From the UHGV virus genome UHGV-1403306: 37,340 nt of DNA; one strand, given 5' to 3'. This document shows positions 33,288-37,340 of this stretch, piece by piece. The stretch comes from a virus. Position numbers and translations under genes: made by a program. The notes beneath the pieces were generated by a model. That model worked only from the letters and a program-made list of their open reading frames with translations, did not search any database and was not told where the DNA came from. How positions within the stretch are numbered: position 1 is the first letter of the stretch; each line of letters starts with the position of its first letter.

Positions 33288-33432
33288 GGTTATTTAATCG
33301 GTCAACAGCTTGTTTTAGTTCTTTCATGCTATCCTCTAATTGAGAGAAGACATGATAGAATTTCATTAATGCGAAGATAATTCCGCCTAAAAATGTAATC
33401 AGCGCTAACCATTGTTCTAGTGTTAAGTTCAT
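33211..33432 (-). CDS. XhlA-like small membrane/coiled-coil protein (holin-associated)
   Basis: 73 aa: an N-terminal TM (LALITFLGGIIFALM) then a coiled coil. Sits between the receptor-binding protein and the holin. Confidence 0.4.
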   Translation of the reverse strand: MNLTLEQWLALITFLGGIIFALMKFYHVFSQLEDSMKELKQAVDRLNNHEVRISRLEEQNKTLFRGIGGNKND

Positions 33433-33512
33433 CCTGCACCTACTTTCTACTTACAAATAAAACCGCCTAGCTTTCGCTAAACGGTTTATCTTTAGTTTAT
33501 TCCATCATTATT

Positions 33513-34955
33513 TTATGTTTCCGGGAAAGCATCTGCAGTGTACCAACTACCACAAACATAATGATTCCCTTTTCTGTCACTACCAAACCTAATTCCATTC
33601 ACGCCTTCCTCATATAATGCTCCATAATTACCTTGAGGATAGGTATATTGCACAGTTGTTAATGCGGTATTCCAATATCCTGCTCTCATTTCTTGATCAA
33701 TCATAAATCCTTTAGGAATTTTAAAAATTTGGACCATGTTTGGCTTTAATTTTTCTACATCCACCACATTAACTCGCAAATAAGCATCGACCTTATTTCC
33801 CTTACGAACTAAAAGAATATTGGTTTCTGCTCCAAAAGCACTTCTGTATGCAGCTTCTACTTCATCCAGTCCTGCTTTTTTGTAAATAAACGTTTCATCT
33901 TTTAAAGCAACTTCTTTTCCATTTACTAAAGGAACTTCAGAAAACTCTTTAATCCCACCTATACGCTGGGGTTCAGTTAAATTCACAACATTCGGTGCAA
34001 ATGCGACTTCTTTCCAGTCTGTCCATGTTGAAGGGATTCCACCAAATTGGCGAATAACAACTGTCCGTTCTGTTTGAAATAATTGTCTGACTCCACCTGA
34101 ATCTTTATTAACAATCAAGCTTCCAGAGTTTGGTAATGGTTTATTTTCCACCCCTGTAGCTGGAATCGAATAAATACCTGGATCCACAGCATCATTTAAA
34201 TCTAATATTTTAGAATTTTTCCTTACAAATAGACCATTTTCTGCTGACGTTTTAGGGATGAATTTCTCATCTGATTCTGCCCTTGTATAAAAGTCTGCTG
34301 CTCTCAATTCTTCTAGGGCGGCATTCATAGCATCAGTAACTGTTTTTCCAATTGTTGTAATCTTGGTTTCGCTATCTGTAGCCACCTTTGATATACGACC
34401 TTCTGCATCGCTGACTGTTTTATCAATTTTCGCTTGTAATGCATTCATTTCTTTTTTAATTGATTCAATACGAGCAACTACCGCATCATAATCAGTATCT
34501 ATTTTTTCTAAAGCTGCTTGATAGGCCTCATTCAATGCTGTTACTAATTTGTTGTATTCTGTGATAATCGTTTCGGCTTCCTCTGCGTCAATGTCAGCAT
34601 TTCCATAAACCGTAATCTCAAAATCATCAGTAGATTCTCTCTTGTCATTCTTCATGAAAGAAAAATATGCTAGTTCATATGAACCAGCTACAGCAAATGC
34701 CATATTGGGGAAAGTATAGGTAAATTCCCCGTTTTTTCCATTTGTGATCTCTATTCCATCAGAATCAAAAACTTTTGTTCTTTCTTCATGAGTTACGCCT
34801 TCAAAAGTAGCTACCCAGTCAGTCAAGTCAAAGGGAGCTCCATCTTTAAATATTTGAACCCTCATTGAAAAACTTTCTCCGTCTCCGACTCGACCATAAA
34901 CAATTGGTCGCCCGATAGAATTTTTTGAAAGATCAAATCTTAATAAATCGCTCAT
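33513..34955 (-). CDS. Baseplate upper / receptor-binding protein (BppU-like N-domain, coiled-coil middle, C-terminal head)
   Basis: 480 aa. The N-terminus MSDLLRFDLSKNSIGRPIVYGRVGDGESFSMRVQIF…DLTDW resembles BppU N-domains. Follows Tal. Confidence 0.5.
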   Translation of the reverse strand: MSDLLRFDLSKNSIGRPIVYGRVGDGESFSMRVQIFKDGAPFDLTDWVATFEGVTHEERTKVFDSDGIEITNGKNGEFTYTFPNMAFAVAGSYELAYFSFMKNDKRESTDDFEITVYGNADIDAEEAETIITEYNKLVTALNEAYQAALEKIDTDYDAVVARIESIKKEMNALQAKIDKTVSDAEGRISKVATDSETKITTIGKTVTDAMNAALEELRAADFYTRAESDEKFIPKTSAENGLFVRKNSKILDLNDAVDPGIYSIPATGVENKPLPNSGSLIVNKDSGGVRQLFQTERTVVIRQFGGIPSTWTDWKEVAFAPNVVNLTEPQRIGGIKEFSEVPLVNGKEVALKDETFIYKKAGLDEVEAAYRSAFGAETNILLVRKGNKVDAYLRVNVVDVEKLKPNMVQIFKIPKGFMIDQEMRAGYWNTALTTVQYTYPQGNYGALYEEGVNGIRFGSDRKGNHYVCGSWYTADAFPET

Positions 34956-37072
34956 GTTTCATAACCCTCCTCTTTTTGTTGTGTCAGTCTAACCTCTTCA
35001 TAACCTTTTCGATACGCAACAAGGTTCCAACTAAATTCTATTAGCGCTGGGTCGCTTTTGACTACAAAATATTTTTCTTTAGTTTCTTCTACCCATATAT
35101 TTCCTTTACTATAAGGAGTTAACATAACATGATAATTTTCACTTTCAGTATTCACCGTTTCTAAAAAAATAGGTTCAATATCTATTTTTATTTCACCATC
35201 AGAATCTGTAATTGCTTTACCATAGTCAGCAAAATAATATTCTGGCGTTTCGTAGGCGTTTAACAGTCGATGACCGTATGACAGTGTATCCACAAGAGAG
35301 TTTTTGGAACCAGTAACACTAAGATTTCCTGTGAAGCTTGTAGAAGTAGCGGATATACTAATCCTTCCTCCAGATGATCCTAATACTTTAGTATCATTAT
35401 TCCCTATACTAAAACCATTGCTACTCACATTTAAACTAGGACTATTACTAGCTGTAGAAGAATAACCAAAGCTCCCAGGTGCAAAATTCAAACTATGACC
35501 ATTACCAACAACATAAAAGTTATCTAAGTTTGCAGATCCTGACATATTATTTGTTGCGCCAAAAAATGTTAGAAATGCCTTATTAAGCTTTTTATTAAAT
35601 ATCGTAAAAGAACCTTCGTCTGAAACATCTAATCTAACATTTCCTTCTTTTTGATTAATTAAAGTAGTGTAAAATTTAAATATTTCTTTTCCATCACTAT
35701 TTCGCGTCCAAGTTATTGCCCCATTGTCCTCTTTTAAAGAAAAGTCTTTTCCGATGGATGTAATAACTGAACCTGAAATTGTTACACCTTCAATAGCTAT
35801 CGCTTTTAAAATTCCAGTATTTATAGCAGAGGCGTTTATTCCGTTAGCAGTTATTGCATTCTCGAAGCTTTTCCCCCCATCCGTTGAAATTCCGATACCC
35901 GCAGAGTTTAATATAACTATTTTATTTGAGTCATTCTTATCAATGGCAAGAATACCTGTCTTGGCATATTTCACTTCCGTTTGTGAATTGATTAAATCGG
36001 AAGTTGCTTGCTGGATTGCTGCTGTTAACCATTCATTTGGAATAGGCTTTATTCCGTTAGATATATCTGACCATGATTGAGCGTTACTAGCATCAGCTTG
36101 GTTCTTCTTATCAACTAAGTTTAGTGAATTACATGTTATATTATTTTCAATTAAATCCCCAGTAACATTAAAATTCTCAGTTACTCCAACAATTCTTATT
36201 TTTTGTTGAAAACCTAACTGTTCATTAACAGCCATAATGTAATCTCCTGGTTCAGGCAACCCATATTGATACCCGACTTTTCTCAAATCTTCTACGGTTA
36301 AATTAACAGAGATACTATAAGAAGATTCAACAATTTCCTTTAAATGTTCAAGAAAACTATCTTCTTTAGTATAGCGTTCGTCAACAATTGGGTCCGCCTC
36401 AAGCTTCCCATAAATTTCCGCTAACGGGCTGGTATATTCAACTATTAATCTTCCTTTAGTAACATCATTTGGGTCTTTGTACGCCCCAAATCCTTTCGCA
36501 TACGTAACAAAAACACTTATATTGTGCTCTAACCCTAACTCTTGCATATTAAAACCTTTACGAACAATCGTTGATAAATCACTGCCTATCTTGTCAACGA
36601 TGTAAAGGTTATTACCAATAATTTGAAACTCAGTGTTAGTACTATTTATAAAGTCATTAAATAACGCTAATCTATTTTTCATTCCAAAATTTTCTTTTTC
36701 GAATGCTGGTATAGTAGCAGCTAGTGAATAAGTAAAACCACTGTTTTTAAAAATAAAATCTAGATAAGCTTTTGCAGTATTTGAACCGTTTAAAGTATCA
36801 TACACGCATGATTTACCCATTCTAAAGAAAAATTCATGTATGGCATCAAATTCAACAGTAATATTATTTCCATAATCAGTTGGCATGGCATAAGTTAAAT
36901 AGTATTTTTCATTTTCAAATTCTACTTGCCAACCTCTGTCTATTCTGTGAAGGACATCATTATTAGTATATATAGTACCGCTAATTGATTTTTCACCATT
37001 TAGGCTTCTAATGAAAGATATATCTGCCAATGCAATAAAAGTATTTCCATCTGTATCTATGAATTGAACCAT
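34952..37072 (-). CDS. tal: Tail-associated protein Tal (phage tail endopeptidase-family N-domain with a long C-terminal extension)
   Basis: About 706 aa starting at ATG 37072 (a GTG lies one codon upstream). RBS AAGGAG overlaps the dit stop. The N-terminal 380 aa have the Tal / prophage-tail pattern. Position after Dit. Confidence 0.75.
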   Translation of the reverse strand: MVQFIDTDGNTFIALADISFIRSLNGEKSISGTIYTNNDVLHRIDRGWQVEFENEKYYLTYAMPTDYGNNITVEFDAIHEFFFRMGKSCVYDTLNGSNTAKAYLDFIFKNSGFTYSLAATIPAFEKENFGMKNRLALFNDFINSTNTEFQIIGNNLYIVDKIGSDLSTIVRKGFNMQELGLEHNISVFVTYAKGFGAYKDPNDVTKGRLIVEYTSPLAEIYGKLEADPIVDERYTKEDSFLEHLKEIVESSYSISVNLTVEDLRKVGYQYGLPEPGDYIMAVNEQLGFQQKIRIVGVTENFNVTGDLIENNITCNSLNLVDKKNQADASNAQSWSDISNGIKPIPNEWLTAAIQQATSDLINSQTEVKYAKTGILAIDKNDSNKIVILNSAGIGISTDGGKSFENAITANGINASAINTGILKAIAIEGVTISGSVITSIGKDFSLKEDNGAITWTRNSDGKEIFKFYTTLINQKEGNVRLDVSDEGSFTIFNKKLNKAFLTFFGATNNMSGSANLDNFYVVGNGHSLNFAPGSFGYSSTASNSPSLNVSSNGFSIGNNDTKVLGSSGGRISISATSTSFTGNLSVTGSKNSLVDTLSYGHRLLNAYETPEYYFADYGKAITDSDGEIKIDIEPIFLETVNTESENYHVMLTPYSKGNIWVEETKEKYFVVKSDPALIEFSWNLVAYRKGYEEVRLTQQKEEGYET

Positions 37073-37085
37073 CACTACTTACTCC

Positions 37086-37340
37086 TTATCTATATAAGTC
37101 AACTTTATTCAATATATTTATTTCTACTTCACCAATGTTAAAAGATGTAGAAAACGGTATAAAACCAACCTCATTTGGCTTTAAAATAAAATATTCAATA
37201 TTTGTCTGATCATTAATATTTAAACCATTAAGAGTGAAAGATGTTCCTTCTAACAAAAATTTATCGCCGGATAAAATATTTCTTTTACCAACATACTTAA
37301 ACTCTCGTTCATCAATAGATAATTTAAATTCAGCCCCTAA
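37086..37340 (-). CDS. dit: Distal tail protein Dit, C-terminal part (continuation of 1..600 across the linearisation point)
   Basis: Reading the minus strand from 37340 in the frame set by codon phase at coordinate 1 gives LGAEFKLSIDEREFKYVGKRNILSGDKFLLEGTSFTLNGLNINDQTNIEYFILKPNEVGFIPFSTSFNIGEVEINILNKVDLYR, then TAA at 37088-37086. The full gene is 285 aa. Confidence 0.6.
   Translation of the reverse strand, partial: LGAEFKLSIDEREFKYVGKRNILSGDKFLLEGTSFTLNGLNINDQTNIEYFILKPNEVGFIPFSTSFNIGEVEINILNKVDLYR

Noticed and set aside
1-37340. Host chromosomal flanks or an integrated-prophage context
   Set aside because: No bacterial housekeeping gene is present. The ends of the window are joined by a single continuous dit reading frame. 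The window is therefore the phage replicon itself, not a prophage with attL and attR flanks.

Overview
The whole window is a temperate siphovirus-type phage genome from a low-GC Firmicutes host (Lactobacillales-like gene families). It is AT-rich, has Gram-positive RBSs, and carries no host housekeeping genes. The record is a circular permutation: the distal-tail (dit) gene starts at 600 on the minus strand, runs off coordinate 1 and continues in frame, with no stop, from 37340 to a TAA at 37086-37088. The window is therefore a complete ~37.3 kb circular or circularly permuted replicon, opened inside dit. Almost all genes are on the minus strand and are transcribed from high to low coordinates.

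Gene order on the minus strand:
- Lysis-lysogeny and early genes: cro-like, DUF771-like, Rha antirepressor, small ORFs, Gp157, Sak4-like AAA ATPase, DUF968-like, an HTH replication initiator with an internal iteron ori, and a compact C5-MTase-like gene.
- A Type I-like N6-adenine MTase with a single-TRD HsdS-like subunit, YopX, small early ORFs, and the ArpU late regulator.
- A ~780 bp non-coding region holding a tRNA-like element and terminators, upstream of the packaging genes.
- Packaging and head: TerS, TerL, portal, Mu-F-like protein, scaffold, major capsid protein, and connector proteins.
- Tail and lysis: major tail protein, an extra 302-aa enzyme-like ORF, the G/T chaperones, a 1304-aa tape measure protein, Dit (split by the window ends), Tal, a BppU-like receptor-binding protein, XhlA-like protein, holin, and a Sec-signal GH25-LysM endolysin.

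On the plus strand are a cI-like repressor, an ImmA metallopeptidase, a tyrosine integrase with flanking arm-type direct repeats (the likely attP), and a small moron operon. A phage-encoded tRNA(CAU) and a 177-aa moron gene preceded by a riboswitch-like leader lie between attP and the lysis cassette.

Most notable:
- The major capsid and major tail proteins end with the same poly-threonine tag (T6-[K/R]-P-T7-Q-[G/R]). An extra Cys/Trp-rich ORF with a DxD motif sits between the MTP and chaperone genes. Together these suggest a virion O-glycosylation system that has not been described for Firmicutes phages.
- Both methyltransferase genes are preceded by the same hairpin leader, whose loop holds GC-rich restriction-site-like palindromes that are rare in this genome.
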